From NCBI GenBank assembly GCA_043228905.1, contig JBHGNT010000009.1, positions 15,996,001 to 16,060,000 of the forward strand: 64,000 nt of DNA, written 5' to 3'. Source of the stretch: Azolla caroliniana (Eukaryota; Plantae; Polypodiophyta). Every line of letters starts with the position of its first letter. Position 1 is the stretch's first letter. Below, piece after piece: positions 52,601 through 64,000 of the stretch. The notes under the pieces were generated by a model, which searched no databases, was not told where the DNA came from, and saw only the letters and a program-made list of their open reading frames with translations. The position numbers were made by a program, and so were the translations under genes.

Positions 52601-55600
52601 AGTGCCATCATGTTATAAAGAATGCTATGTTTCATGCACGCACAAAACGTATTGATGTGCGATATGACTTCATTTGATAAGTGATTGAGGATAACCTTAT
52701 CACATTGATAAAGGTCCACACATCACAGAACCTTGCAGATGTATGCACTAAGTTTTTACCCAAAGCACAACATCGGATATGTATACAGATGATGGGAGTT
52801 GCATAGGACGTTGTTGGATTAAAGGTCCTAAATGACCCCTTTATAGTGTGTACATGTGTATAGGCCTAACAATAAAGGCCAAAAGTCACTTATCACACAT
52901 TCTTTATTTTTGGGCCAAGTTCAGTGTGAACATGGCCAACCCTAAATGGGTCATATAAAACATAAGTTTAAAAACTTTTGGATCTCACTTCAAAGGTGAG
53001 CTCCTCCAACTACTATTCTCTCTATCTTTTTAGCCATTGCTCTACTGTTGCACCAAAAGTGCCCATACTTGGGTGACTCGTGAGTGTTCCTCAGCCGTAT
53101 TGACATAATTTCTAACCCTTTCATCAACTTGAGTAATTCTTCTATGCTTTACTCAATGGGCTTCTCGAGAATAACTTCTAGTCCAGGGTGAGCCATGTCA
53201 GGTTGTCCAATTGTACACGCTTCCCGAAGCAATAACATAACCTTTAAGGTTAGTAGTTGTAGGAGGGGGACGTTGGCTTTGTTGTCCACTTGATCAAGGG
53301 TTTGGGGGTGCTGTGAAGTGGTGGGAATTTTGTCAGCAGTGGGCTGGTGCACACAGTTGTGCTTGTTCCCTTTCCTGCATATTCCTTACTTCGGATAGCT
53401 CTGCCTGGGGATCTGGTTATGCCACATTGTTTGGATAGGGGCTCCTCTTTAGGTCTAGTTGGGATATCCTCTCCCCCGTGCTCGTCGGGTATGACATCAG
53501 TTATGTATGTGGATGTAGTAGAAGGCTGATAAGGCCAAGAATTTCTTTGTTTTCTCTTGGACTTAGTCATGTTGTAATGTCGTAATTTTTGTGCTAGGTG
53601 TTAGGCTTGGGTAACAACATACTTCTGCTTTGTTCTCCTTTTCTGGACACTCTGAGATGTGGGTCACCTCTTTATAGAACCAGGCTATGATGTCTTGGAC
53701 TTTTCGATTCTTGGAAATTGAAGGTTTGTTCTCCAGTGGGTTCGTAGTTGGCTTATATCTGTGTAAATACACTGCGCTTAGGGTAAGGATGCTTGGTTGG
53801 GCATTCGCTTACTGTATGTGGGCCATGGCAGTTATAAATGCTTTATGAGGGGTTCATGACAGCCCATATCATTCATCATGTTGATCTCCTTGGAGTGTGT
53901 ACACTGGGTACATATTACGATCTGCCTGTGCAGTGTGACAATGTTGTTCTTGCTCATATTCGTCCTGTGTTTCTTCTCTAGGGTGCTGTGACTTTCTGTC
54001 CATTCAGAGACCTGGTTACATTCTTATGACATGTGGAACTTGGCAGACAATGCGCACAATGTCTTACAAGGGGTACTAGGAAAAGCTCAGAGTTATATGA
54101 GTTTCAAGGGCATATCTATCTTTTTGGAGAGATTTGGACCTTTGTATCAAGCCATGAATTATTATCATTGGAGATGCTTGGGACTTTAACCCATGGAGGT
54201 ACTCATGGTCTATACCACACTAGGTGGCACCGTACAACATTCATCTTTAAGGAAATATAGATGATCAAGTCATCCAGCTTTGTTCTCAATGACCTCAATA
54301 GGAACTGCTTTTTGCATTATAAACGGCAATGCATCAATGATGTGCAGCATCATTATGTGCTAATGAGCACAGTTAACGAGGAAACTTACTGTCGAGGATA
54401 TTGATGTCATATTAGTATTGAGTAATATTACAACATTCCTCTCACCCAATTCGTAATATCCTGCGTTATGTATTATTTATTTCACTCTTGTTTGGGTTTT
54501 CTTCATCCTTGTCATCAACGGACAAAGTTCATTAACTTTGGACATCGCAGGTGTTTACCTTGCTTTGGAGACCTCTCCATTCTCGGTCACCCTGTGCTAA
54601 AGGTTTTTCGAAGATAAAAATTACAATATATCTGGATAGAGAATCTTACATGTATACATGATGAGATTCTTTAGTCATGTTTTAGTCTATTTCTGTTTCT
54701 ATTTATCTTTTCCTTTTGTATTTATTTCTATTTAATCTGGGTGGTTGTTCTCAAAGAAGATTTTAAGATGTAATCTCTTGTTTGGTCTTATAGGCCATTT
54801 TGGCCTCATAAACGAGGTTAATATATCTTTTTTTCTTTTTTCTTTGTTTTAGACATTTTATCATGTCTTGTGAAGACGTATATGCTTTATGACTCTATGC
54901 ATTGTGCTAATGAGCAGACTTTTACCCTTTCAACGTATTATTGAGGCAAGGGAAATATGAAGTCAATTATAAATAGGTCTCGTTTATGCAGGAGAATGCA
55001 GAATGTATTTTATACACATCCTGTTTTATGGACATGTTAGGAACACCAGCCTATGGCTTTTATGAATATCTATTTCTTCTGTGTATTTTTTTATTTCTTT
55101 ATCTCACATTTATCTTCTTTGGATTGCAGGATACCCTATTTCTGGATGCTACAGGTGGAGGGTACTACAGTACACCTGAAGGGGATTCTTCTATACTCTT
55201 TCGGGTGAAGGATGATTATGATGGAGCTGAGCCATCACCTAATTCAGTGTCCGCTATCAACCTTATTCGGTTTTCTTTGCTCGTACAGGGCGATAAGGCT
55301 CAAAAGTTGCTTAAAACTGCTGAACATCTACTGGTATATTACTACATATGTAATTTACTTGATGTATTATATTCGCATAAATGTGTAAGTGTGTGTTTTT
55401 ACTCACATAGATATACATATACACCACCAGTGAAGTGTCTGATTAAGTAGCATTTTTATTAGGATTACTTGGAGGGAGTCCATAATGATACCATGGAAGG
55501 GCTTAGTTTTCCTTTGCTTTCATTTTCTTTAATACGTCAAGAATCTGAGGGTAAATTGGTGGATGATAGGTTGAATTTGCTTATTTAATAGTTTCCTTCA

Positions 55601-56657
55601 ATTTATTGTTGCACTCTTTGTGAGGTGACTTCTCTTGCCCTCCCATTTAAAATTAAGCAAGAAACATGAAATGCATTGTTCCACACAATTATAGAATTGT
55701 GAATTGTGATGACGCACTTTGGCTTGGTGATCACTGTAAGTTCTCTTGCAGGCTGTCTTTGAGACGAGAATGAAAGAGCTACCGGTGGCCATTCCATTGA
55801 TGTGTTGTGCGGCTGATTTAATGGGTACTCATCCAAAGCGCCAAATTGTGCTGGTTGGACAGAGGGCTTCACCTAAGTTTCAAGATCTCCTCAATGCATG
55901 CCATTCATTCTATGATCCAGATAGAATTGTAAGTCATTTATTTTTGAATCAGTATGAAAGCACTGACATTGGTCTTTGCTCATGTTGATAAAAGGATGAT
56001 TTCTATGTTTTTGGAATAAAATTCCGGAGAAATAAAATCAATGTTTTCTCTACACTGTTGTAAAACCAAGAAGTACACTTCAAATCACATGTCATAAAAC
56101 CAAGAAAAATGTTGGAATACAATTCTGGTTACAAACAAATAAAGTACAGTTCAAATCAGATTTCACATCAAACAAAAAAAATACCCCTTAGAGGGTAATT
56201 ATATTTTACATTGTTCTATGGTTTCTGAAATAACTATCCATATGCATTAGCTATAAAAGAGAGAGTATTAAGCTTCTTAATATATAATATTTCAAAAGCG
56301 CTGTTAAGGCTATATGACCCAGATTTAACATTTTATACCGTTTGCAGTGCATATGTCTCCCACTCTACACTGCATATCTCTTTCCTTTATTACCGATTGA
56401 TTTGAGCAGAAATATGTGTACAGATCATTCCCGTTGATCCAAGCAACATAGAAGATGTGAAGTTCTGGCAGGTGCACAATCCATTGGTGCTTGCAATAGC
56501 TCAGGGGAGCCCTGAAGGAAGAGATCTAGCCTATATATGTCAGAACTTCACCTGCTATGCACCTGTTGACAATGTGGCTAGTCTTCAACAACTCTTACAA
56601 ACCTCTGCGACCCCAACAATTTCTAGCTTTAAATTGGGAAGTGGAATTAGACCATGA
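28247..56657 (+). CDS. SPATA20: SPATA20 / YyaL (SSP411, DUF255 thioredoxin-like plus six-hairpin glycosidase-like) protein, about 838 aa, with an N-terminal transit-peptide-like region
   Basis: 15 GT-AG exons: 28247-28546, 37639-37711, 37814-37835, 39067-39145, 39243-39275, 39365-39513, 43932-44088, 44216-44456, 45136-45377, 45663-45932, 46240-46350, 46452-46676, 55130-55333, 55752-55928, 56424-56657 (2517 nt, in frame). Motifs [62 protein letters not shown]. Confidence 0.95.
29530..30070 (+). mobile_element. RTE/RTEX-like LINE RT fragment
   Basis: Encodes [12 protein letters not shown] and a DDIVL-like motif; similar to 39950-40300. Confidence 0.7.
30340..35751 (-). mobile_element. Decayed Ty1/copia element in SPATA20 intron 1, with extra PBS-gag segments after the 3' LTR
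   Basis: 5' LTR 35337-35751 (TGTTGGG..TACA), PBS 35323-35334, gag-PR-IN-RT-RH fragments (ORFs 35031, 34421, 33551, 32184, 31195), PPT at about 31164-31178, 3' LTR 30660-31163. Confidence 0.93.
34823..34850. repeat. (TTTAGGG)4 telomeric tract inside copia gag
   Basis: Direct reading. Confidence 0.95.
36583..36980 (+). mobile_element. RTE/RTEX-like LINE 3' UTR copy with an internal tandem duplication
   Basis: Family UTR. The segment ATCTTACATGCATCAGTG..TTCTAGGTCTATTTACTTTT is duplicated (about 36700-36880). Confidence 0.8.
38111..38465 (+). mobile_element. RTE/RTEX-like LINE 3' end with TSD-like TTCTTTCCC
   Basis: Family UTR. TTCTTTCCC occurs at 38102-38110 and 38457-38465. Confidence 0.85.
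39810..41725 (+). mobile_element. Longest copy of the RTE/RTEX-like non-LTR retrotransposon (RT, C-terminal CCHC, 3' UTR, (TTTC)n tail), 5'-truncated and decayed
   Basis: [58 protein letters not shown]. Ends ATATCTTTCTTTCTTTC. Clade assignment is an inference from motif style and the tandem-repeat tail. Confidence 0.85.
41730..43170 (-). mobile_element. Copia gag/PBS/LTR remnant, with a LINE 3' end inserted at about 42600-42828
   Basis: ORF 41896 has gag-like [22 protein letters not shown] (reverse complement) GCTCTGACACCA at 42901-42912. Confidence 0.65.
46987..47394. mobile_element. Intact non-autonomous hAT MITE
   Basis: Perfect 14-bp TIR TAGGGATCGGCAAC/GTTGCCGATCCCTA, perfect 8-bp TSD GTTCCATT (46979-46986 and 47395-47402), AACCG/AGCCG subterminal repeats. 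Confidence 0.93.
48272..53090 (+). mobile_element. Decayed Ty1/copia element in SPATA20 intron 12
   Basis: LTRs 48272-~48541 and 52812-53090, 5-bp TSD TCAGC (48267-48271 and 53091-53095). Gag ([14 protein letters not shown]), PR ([10 protein letters not shown]), IN, RT (YVDDMLI) and RH fragments. Same lineage as 30660-35751. Confidence 0.9.
53096..54260 (-). mobile_element. Older retroelement-like (possibly gypsy gag/protease) remnant hosting the copia insertion; continues at about 47470-48266
   Basis: Broken minus-strand ORFs with a degenerate zinc-knuckle-like HISECP. Weak evidence. Confidence 0.3.
54505..54845 (+). mobile_element. RTE/RTEX-like LINE 3' end
   Basis: Family UTR with GGCCATTTTGGCC and a T/C-rich tail. 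Confidence 0.8.
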
Positions 56658-57264
56658 AGCGAACTATGATAACCTGGTTCCAGCCTGTCTTTTTATTGTA
56701 CATAAAAGTGCACATTGAAATATGTAAGTGACGTTTTCTTCTCTTAACTGGAATTGAATTACTGCTTGCCACAACTGGCAGAGTTGAACTTGTGATCCCT
56801 TTGTGCTAAAAATGAAAATCATCATAAGTATATTGATGTTTTCATGTGAGTAATTTGTAACATGTACAACAAACATGTGGTTTTCACGACTGTTTTCCTT
56901 TAGATGGGGACATAGATGGTGTGTGGCTGGGTTATAGACGGACATGTCTATGGCTATGTTGGATGTAAAGCGCTGAACTCAAATGGAAGGATTGCAGCAA
57001 TTTGATTCAAAATCTTAACTTGTTTGTGTTGGCGTCAAGTCCATGTTGGCCTTTAGTCGAAAGAACTGTAGTATATTGAATGCGTTTGGGTGCCAATTAG
57101 GGTTTTTCTATGGTCACCAATAGTTAATCTCATAATGCCAATATAGTGATTGCTAGTCTGTTTCAGACAACAGCAAATAAGTATAATTTAAATGTTTAAT
57201 GGATGTCCAAATGTATTACCAACCCTTGAATATTCCAAACCGTGAAACTGTGGCTTAATGGTAA

Positions 57265-57715
57265 ATGGTTTGGTTTGGTTTGGTTCGGTTCAGGTTTAAG
57301 TTTTTGTTAACAGTTTGGTTTGGGGTGTTAATGGTTCGGTTCAGACCTCTATCAGCTTAACGGTTTCCGTGGTTTGATCAGTTTGAAGGTTTAGGATTGA
57401 ATTGATTATTTTCTTAAGCCTACTTTCGATATTTTAAGAATTTTTTTAAATTTAAACAATTAAAATCTAGAATATTCAACATTTTATTATTTTAAAATGA
57501 AAATGTGAAAATTTGAATTTTGACCTAATTGTGGTTTTAATGGTTTAAATGGTTGAAAATCTTAGTAATCGTTTGGTTTGAGCTTGAATTTTTTTGTGAT
57601 GGTTTTGTTTAAACTTTTTTGTGGTTTAGTTTGATTCAATTAAAGATTCAAGTTTTTTTCGGTTTAAAATATTACGAGTTTGACACTCTTGAACAAAACC
57701 GGACCCTTATCGATT
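57265..57715. mobile_element. Degenerate hAT-type MITE related to 4074-4515
   Basis: GGTTTGGTTCGGTTC subterminal arrays flanking an AT-rich core. Confidence 0.55.
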
Positions 57716-58228
57716 GTGACTTCTTTTCTGAGTATGAATTTAATACAGTTATGCTTCAGATGTTTCTTTTTGTCGACCATTGTGAAGGTGGGTTATCGTA
57801 AAGGTGGGTTATCGTAAAGGTATAATACATTTCATCTCACTTTGTTTTTTGCCCTTGTTATACTTTAATGGTATGATAAAACTCATTTACCTTTGTTGTT
57901 TTACCTTCTTAAAGTTTATGTTGTATTTTGGTGATGTTTTTGGGTATATCATAGTAAAGCTCATTGAAGGTTTTTTTGTTTGCATTTAATGGGTGGTTGT
58001 CTTCATAGTCTTCCTAGTTGATTGATAGGGAGCATGTAACATGTCCCATGTGTTATTTTCTACCAAAATTTCACCTTTGATTTGCTTCATCTTCAAGTTG
58101 TTAGTGTCATGAATTTTCATCTATTTTTTGTTGGTGCAACAAACTAGGCATGCAAACATTGCTTCATCTTTAGGCCTTTAATTTTGATAATTTTCTTCTA
58201 TCTTTAGTTGGTATGACAAACTAGGCAT

Positions 58229-58430
58229 TAGGAATCGGCAACGACTTGGCTCTAAACGGTTTGGCGGTTCGGTTTTGTTTAGGCTTGAGCTTTCGTAACT
58301 GGTTTTAGCTTGGTTTGGGATTGGTCAAACTAGGTAAGCCTAAATTGGTTACCAAGCCGTTTAAGGCTTAATTGGCTTGGATAAACCGGTTCTTAAACCG
58401 GTTTAGGCTTAACTGGTTTAATTTAGGCTC
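58229..58430. mobile_element. Single hAT end of the 46987 family
   Basis: TAGGAATCGGCAAC TIR plus subterminal repeats. The partner TIR was not found. Confidence 0.65.
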
Positions 58431-58734
58431 TTCTTAGGTTGTTGGTGTGGTCTCTTGTAGTTACCTATGATTAGTGTGTTTATTGTAGTCCACCTACGAT
58501 AGTGTCTTGTGTCTTGTAGTGTAGTTACCTATTCTTTTTACAACACTTCACATAAATTTTGTAGCCACCTCCAAATTATAACATAAAGGCATATAGAGCA
58601 TGCATTGCAACATATAATGGGGTTGTCACATCTAGAGAGATTATAATGCTCCATATGTGTGGATTTGAAGTACATATTTGTACATTATTCTCATGCTCTT
58701 GCTCTTATCATAACGTGCACAACTTTCAAAGATG

Positions 58735-59176
58735 GAAAGAAATATATATTAACATTTTTAAAAGGCCAAAATTGCCTACAAGACCAAACAAGAGATTACT
58801 CGTAAGTGTTGTCAAGTCCTTAAAAACAAAAAACCAAAATAAATGTTGCTAAGTAGAAAAAAGTAAAAAAGCTAATAAGGGACTAAATAATCTTGTTATC
58901 GATACTTGTAACATCTCAAGTTAGATATATTTATAATTTTTGTCTTCAAAAGCTCTCTAGCATATGTGGATCTATAATAACGATAGAAGCACCTGTGATG
59001 ACTTTAGATAATGGCCTTTGTTAAGGCTAGTGAGATTGTGGTCCATGAGGTTGGGGCCTATGTACACACCAAATTGCTCGTCTAATCTATTGCAACCCCT
59101 TTGTTATGTAGTGGTTAGGAGCCTACTTTTGTAGCTTGTGATTGTAACAGTTAAAGGAGGTTGTGATTGTTCTTCA
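58735..59176 (-). mobile_element. RTE/RTEX-like LINE 3' end
   Basis: GAAAGAAATATATATTAAC..AGGCCAAAATTGCC is the reverse complement of the family end. Confidence 0.8.
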
Positions 59177-59980
59177 TGTTGCGACCGACTCACAAATTAA
59201 GAAAACATTATGGATTCACGTGGCCGCAGTCATTCGACCTCCCTAGATGCTATCTAAGTGGATGCACCTCACCTAGTAGGGAGTATCTTGAATGTTATTG
59301 TTTCTCCCTCCTGGAGAACACCTTCAATTACCCCACCTGAGTAATCAGGTCAAGGTCTTGTGGTGCGAAGGAGAGTTGGGGGTCAGGACATCATACCGAG
59401 ATCGTTAACTGAGTCGTTACGGGGTATATGACTTCCTAGGGCCCGTGATCGTTATTTAGACGGTCCCACTTGGGGTGGGATCACGACTGGAGAAATAAGA
59501 AGGCTATGATGCGGGATCGGCCACAACCGATCCTTATATATGTCCTTTACATAGAGCGAACTTGGTATAGATATATGTATATACGAAATAGAAATGAGAC
59601 AGAACACTGAAGTTACCCACAAGATCTATATATATATTCGATTAAAGCATAACATACAGATACAAGTACCGAGTATATTTGGCAACACTCACTCACTCTT
59701 TATCACTCTATTCCTATCGGTCCTCTATATCTCCCCCCCTTATGTGTTCGCTAATCTCCGATATATATAGCTTCCTTCTGCTTGGTGCTTTCCACCAGTT
59801 CCTTCCTTGAAGTTTGGTTTCCCTTGTTTTAGCTATTCGTGCTCGACTCCTTTTGGTTTATTTCACATTTGCCACACTTGTCCCATCGGGTAACACCTGG
59901 CACACCCATGGGATAGTGCCTTGCACGTTGAACCCAATTTTTTTTCAAAAGAATCAGAAATTGATAATAGGGTCGAAGCA
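59177..59980. mobile_element. Putative solo LTR
   Basis: Imperfect inverted termini TGTTGCGACC / GGTCGAAGCA. No matching TSD. Confidence 0.35.
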
Positions 59981-60991
59981 TGCTACAGTGTACCAAAAAA
60001 GTATTAATTTTTGGCCAAGAAAAACACGAGTACTTTTAGTACTGTTAGTAATAAGTAATTATAAAAAAGCTTTTAAAAAAATCGAAAAATTTTATAATCT
60101 TTTTAGGGAGTGGGGTGGGGGTAGTACACGTTGCATTTAATGGGGGGAGACAGTTGTTGCGTATTCAGGAGTCAGGACTGGTTTGGGGGCTATTTCCCCC
60201 TCACTTTTTATTTAGCACGCCACATTAATTGAATTTGGCACTTCTCACCATTTTGGCGCATCCCCTTCCTCCTAACCGAGCCCATCTCAGATTCACTGTT
60301 TTTCATTCTCTACATCTCAGGTATTCACAACACGTGAATGTCCCCAAGATTTGGGATCTTGCCATTCCTTATCTACGAATCAAACCTACGTGAAAATGAT
60401 CAAGCGTTCTTTGTGTCACATTTCTGAGCCATCTTCGCCTTTCATCGGTATGTCTTCTCCTTCCCTCGGTATGTCGTCTCCTTCCCTCGGTATGTCTTCA
60501 GAACTGTTTTTTAAGCGTTGGTTATTTCAGAACTGTTTTTTAAGCTTTAATATTTATTGTTTATCCTTTCAAATGGAAACTTTAAGATTTATTTATGCTG
60601 AAAAGATTATGTCATCATCATCATCATCTTCATCATCATGATTATTATTGTCATTATCATCTCCATCTACTTGTTCATTGTTACCATATTACGTTGAGCA
60701 TATTGTTATTTGTACAATTTCCCGATCTTAATAGAATGATAATCTTCTACCAATGATGTTAGGCACATGTGGATAACACCTAAAACTTGACTTTTATATT
60801 AGCCTATTGGTATGGTTGTCTTTCTTAGTACTGTATTGTTTTGTTAAAGGAATATATGTGTGTGGTATTATCGTACATGTTTATTCGAAAACGGGTTGAT
60901 GTGGTTTGCATTGACGTATTAAGTACGTTTATTCTACAATGTATCAAGAATTTATTTTGATTAATTAGGTACTGAAATAACAAGAAATTAG

Positions 60992-62629
60992 GTGCTAGAA
61001 TACATGAGAGTGGCAATGGTAGATGTCAAGGAGAGTGAGTTGTCATGTAGCAATTCTATGTCTGAGAGGAGCAAGAGATGGGTGGTTCTTCACATAGTTT
61101 GTTATTTACTAGAAGTAATTGAGAGATTTACCAAGGAAGATTGTAGGGATATTATCTCTAGAGTGTTACACCATCAACTTTTGAATGAGTGCATGGAGAA
61201 TATTAAGTTTATGGACCAATGTGTTTCAGAGGAGATTGTAGAGTCTATGAAGTCATCACTACACTTAGTGAAAGGGGTAGAGAGCATAGATAAGCTTGGT
61301 GCAAAGAGAGTAGCCCTTCACATGGTTGTAAATGGTACAAGAAAAAAAAAATATAGTGATACTAAAGTTGCCTTAGCCCTTGGTATTCAAAGAAAAAACT
61401 TGAGGAAGCATCAGACAAATATACAATCAGGTCAATTTAAGTGGTTGGGGTTAGGCCGTAGACGACGATTTGATGCCTTATCTCATGAGATTATTGGGAA
61501 AGTGGATTCCTTTTGGACAAAAAACACTCGTGTCTCACCGAATAAAAAAGATGTATGTAGACAACATATAAGTCGGGGTAGGTACCAGATTTACCCAAGA
61601 CATTTCTTGGAGATGACTGAGGTAATTCTTTTGTTTTTATCTATTTGTTTCTAAACATTTTTTTTACTAAAGGATTCTATTAACGTTTGTTATTTATTGA
61701 GTGATGTAGGCGGAATTGTTCATGAACTTCAAAGACCAACATCCTAACATCAATCTTGGATTTCGCAAGTTCCAAGGTTTGAAACTGTTTTTTGTTAGAA
61801 AGTTAAAAGAGAGGAACACATGTTGTTGTGTGTACCACATTAAAATGCACATGTTAAGGCTTGGCCTGAACACTATGCGTACTGATTCTAAGGGTATACA
61901 TGGGGACGTGTGTGTTTGCACTTGTGAGGTATGTAGACCAAATGGGAGTGATAATAGATGTAATGCGCGAAACATGACTTACGCATCGGTTTCTGAGTTA
62001 TGGAGGTCTTTTGTTTGTGAAAAACAACCATCATTTGAGTGGCATAATCATACATGTCTTCTAAGAACATGTAAAGTTTGCCCACGACCACCATTTTGTA
62101 GACAGGAGCTTGATGTAGATAACTAACATATTGTGAAATGGAAATATTTAGAGTATGTGAAAGAAAATATAGGTAAGGGTATCAATGAAGTATATAAGGA
62201 GACATGTGCTACTACCCTTGTCTAAATAAGGAAGTTAGACAGGACTTGACAATATTATTGGAAGTTGGAGATCATTTTGCAGTGCTCAAATCTCCTCAGA
62301 ATGAAGATTTTGAAGACTACTACATTGTGGTGTGCAAGCAAGGAAATACAATATTAGAAGAAGTCGTGAGGGATGGATGGGGCAACATGTTCAATGTTGG
62401 TGAGTCTGTCGTGTATGGCAACTACTATGCAAAGTTGCCATAATGCAAGAACACATATGCATTGTTAAAAGATGCACCCACTGCAATTATCTATGCTGAT
62501 GCCATTATTGCAATCAAGTTCAAAATGACTCAAGCAAAGCACAAGGTTAAGGGATACAACATTGTCTACAAAGTCCCCAAAGGGGTACACGAACACATAT
62601 TGGGGGAGATCTCCCTCTTTAATGCTTAG
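60992..62629 (+). pseudogene. Internally deleted Cys-rich DNA transposase, Sola-like (inference)
   Basis: FWTKNTRVSPNKKD, an in-frame GT-AG intron 61622-61709, FRKFQGLKLFFV..ERNTCCCVYH, CVCTCEVC, C..C, then a C-terminal GDHFAV..YYIVVC..GNYY. Contains stops; no DDD core visible. Confidence 0.55.
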
Positions 62630-62835
62630 AATGGCAAGTGTTGCGTCTAATGTAACTTTTGCATGTATTCAAACTCTGACTTACAAGTGAAAGGAAATAT
62701 ATCATCTTGGGTTTTCTAACAATATCCCTCTTTGGTTTAGAGATGTACGTTTCTTTTACATGAAGTGTCTAGTGCTTGGTAAAAAATCTCATTGGCTAGT
62801 ATCTGAGCCTACGCTAGTATCAAAGTTAGGAGTTC

Positions 62836-62950
62836 ATGTGTGCCTATAACTCTTTAGTAGTTCATATGTATCATATGTGTGCCTATAACTCTTTAGTAGT
62901 TCATATGTATCATATGTGTGCCTATAACTCTTTAGGATTTCATATGTATA
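62836..62950. repeat. 39-bp tandem repeat, 3 copies
   Basis: GCCTATAACTCTTTAG recurs at 62842, 62881 and 62920. Confidence 0.9.
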
Positions 62951-63133
62951 AAAGTTAGTAGAATGCATACCAAGTTAGTACTAAATTTGTGTTAAGAGTT
63001 TGCTAACGTAGACATATGTAAGATAAGAGTGTTCATTCCACTCATCACTCATCTTCTCACTGTCACATGTGTGCATAACAAGTAAACCAGAATAATGTCA
63101 TGATGAGGGTAATGAATAACTTAACATTCCTAT

Positions 63134-63556
63134 TGTTGAGCAGCAAGCTCAACCGGATCTGGATCGGCTAAATAAGCCTGAGCCGGATCGACATCTAGAA
63201 GGATGAGCTGGATTGGTGAGCCGGTGAGCAAGCAAGCCGGTGAGCTAGGGAGCCGGTTAGCCGGATCCAGCAGTAACCGGAAGCCTAGTAGCAGCCTAGA
63301 CTACTAGGTAGTTAATGTCTCGTAGTTAGTGTCAGACGCTCATGTGATCATTGAAGTACACTGTACCTCTGTCAGTCCTCGTAGGACTTATATAAATAGT
63401 GTTGTTGAGCACGTTGTATGTATAGAGTTTTAGAGTTATTTTGAGTAGAGTTTTTATGTTCTGCTCTTTCTTTGTCTCTCTTGCGTGATAATCTCTCTCT
63501 ATGTTGCTAACGGGCTAGGCCGGTTTGTATGATGCTTCTGCACATAATCTTTTTCA
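63134..63556. mobile_element. Solo LTR
   Basis: TGTTGAG...TTTTCA termini, perfect 5-bp TSD CCTAT (63129-63133 and 63557-63561), internal TATAAATA and AGCCGG repeats. Confidence 0.85.
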
Positions 63557-63714
63557 CCTATCAATTACAGACAACCACCCAGATACAATAAACTTATCTA
63601 GGTACTTAGTGGCACTTCATCATCGGATGTAGTAGACTACTGAGTGGCACGAGGCAATAGTAAATTAGCTACAATGCATATCAAGTTAGTACTTAAACTA
63701 TGTTAAGTGTTTAC

Positions 63715-64000
63715 TGTTACACACAGTGCTCGGCCACAACCAAGGAATAGGATCAACTCACAGAAAACAGGAAATACAAAATGCACGAAGACAATAGAGA
63801 GAAGAGTACACAGGATGTTTTACGTGGAAAACCCTAAATGGGAAAAACCACGGGAGTCCTCAGACTCCAACCATCACTATAAACAGAGATGTACAATGGT
63901 GAAGCTACAAGGCAACAACCTTGTGCTCACTGTCTTCGCCACAGGCGGCGGTAATACACAGAGGCAACAACCTCTTCGTCTCTCTCTCTCTCTCTCTCTC
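63715..64000 (-). mobile_element. LTR fragment truncated by the window end
   Basis: Begins TGTTAC and contains TTTTACGTGGAAAACCC..GGGAAAAACCACGGG, a motif typical of plant copia LTRs. Confidence 0.55.

Noticed and set aside
62836-62950. CRISPR-like repeat
   Set aside because: Units are contiguous with no unique spacers, the context is eukaryotic, and there are no cas genes.

Overview
Eukaryotic land-plant nuclear DNA: AT-rich, with long TE-filled introns. A seed-free vascular plant such as a fern is my inference from gene and TE style. Three spliced protein genes can be reconstructed: the 3' part of an LRR-II (SERK/At5g10290-like) receptor kinase (+, 1549-6444), a CCA1/LHY/REVEILLE single-MYB clock factor (-, 12395-15371) and a 15-exon SPATA20/YyaL-like thioredoxin-domain gene (+, 28247-56657). 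The ORF track misses a minus-strand polycistronic box C/D snoRNA cluster at about 7.7-8.95 kb. It has a telo-box promoter, snoR72Y-like, snoR15 (U16/U55)-like and diverged U55-like members, and an unexplained multibranch/pseudoknot-capable RNA. The remainder is decayed Ty1/copia elements, about a dozen pieces of an RTE/RTEX-like LINE family concentrated in introns, an L1 inserted in a (CT)n tract, hAT MITEs, solo LTRs and an internally deleted Sola-like transposase. One copia gag carries a double-strand-break scar filled with (TTTAGGG)4. All rRNA matches were made from remembered conserved rRNA sequence; no database search was run.
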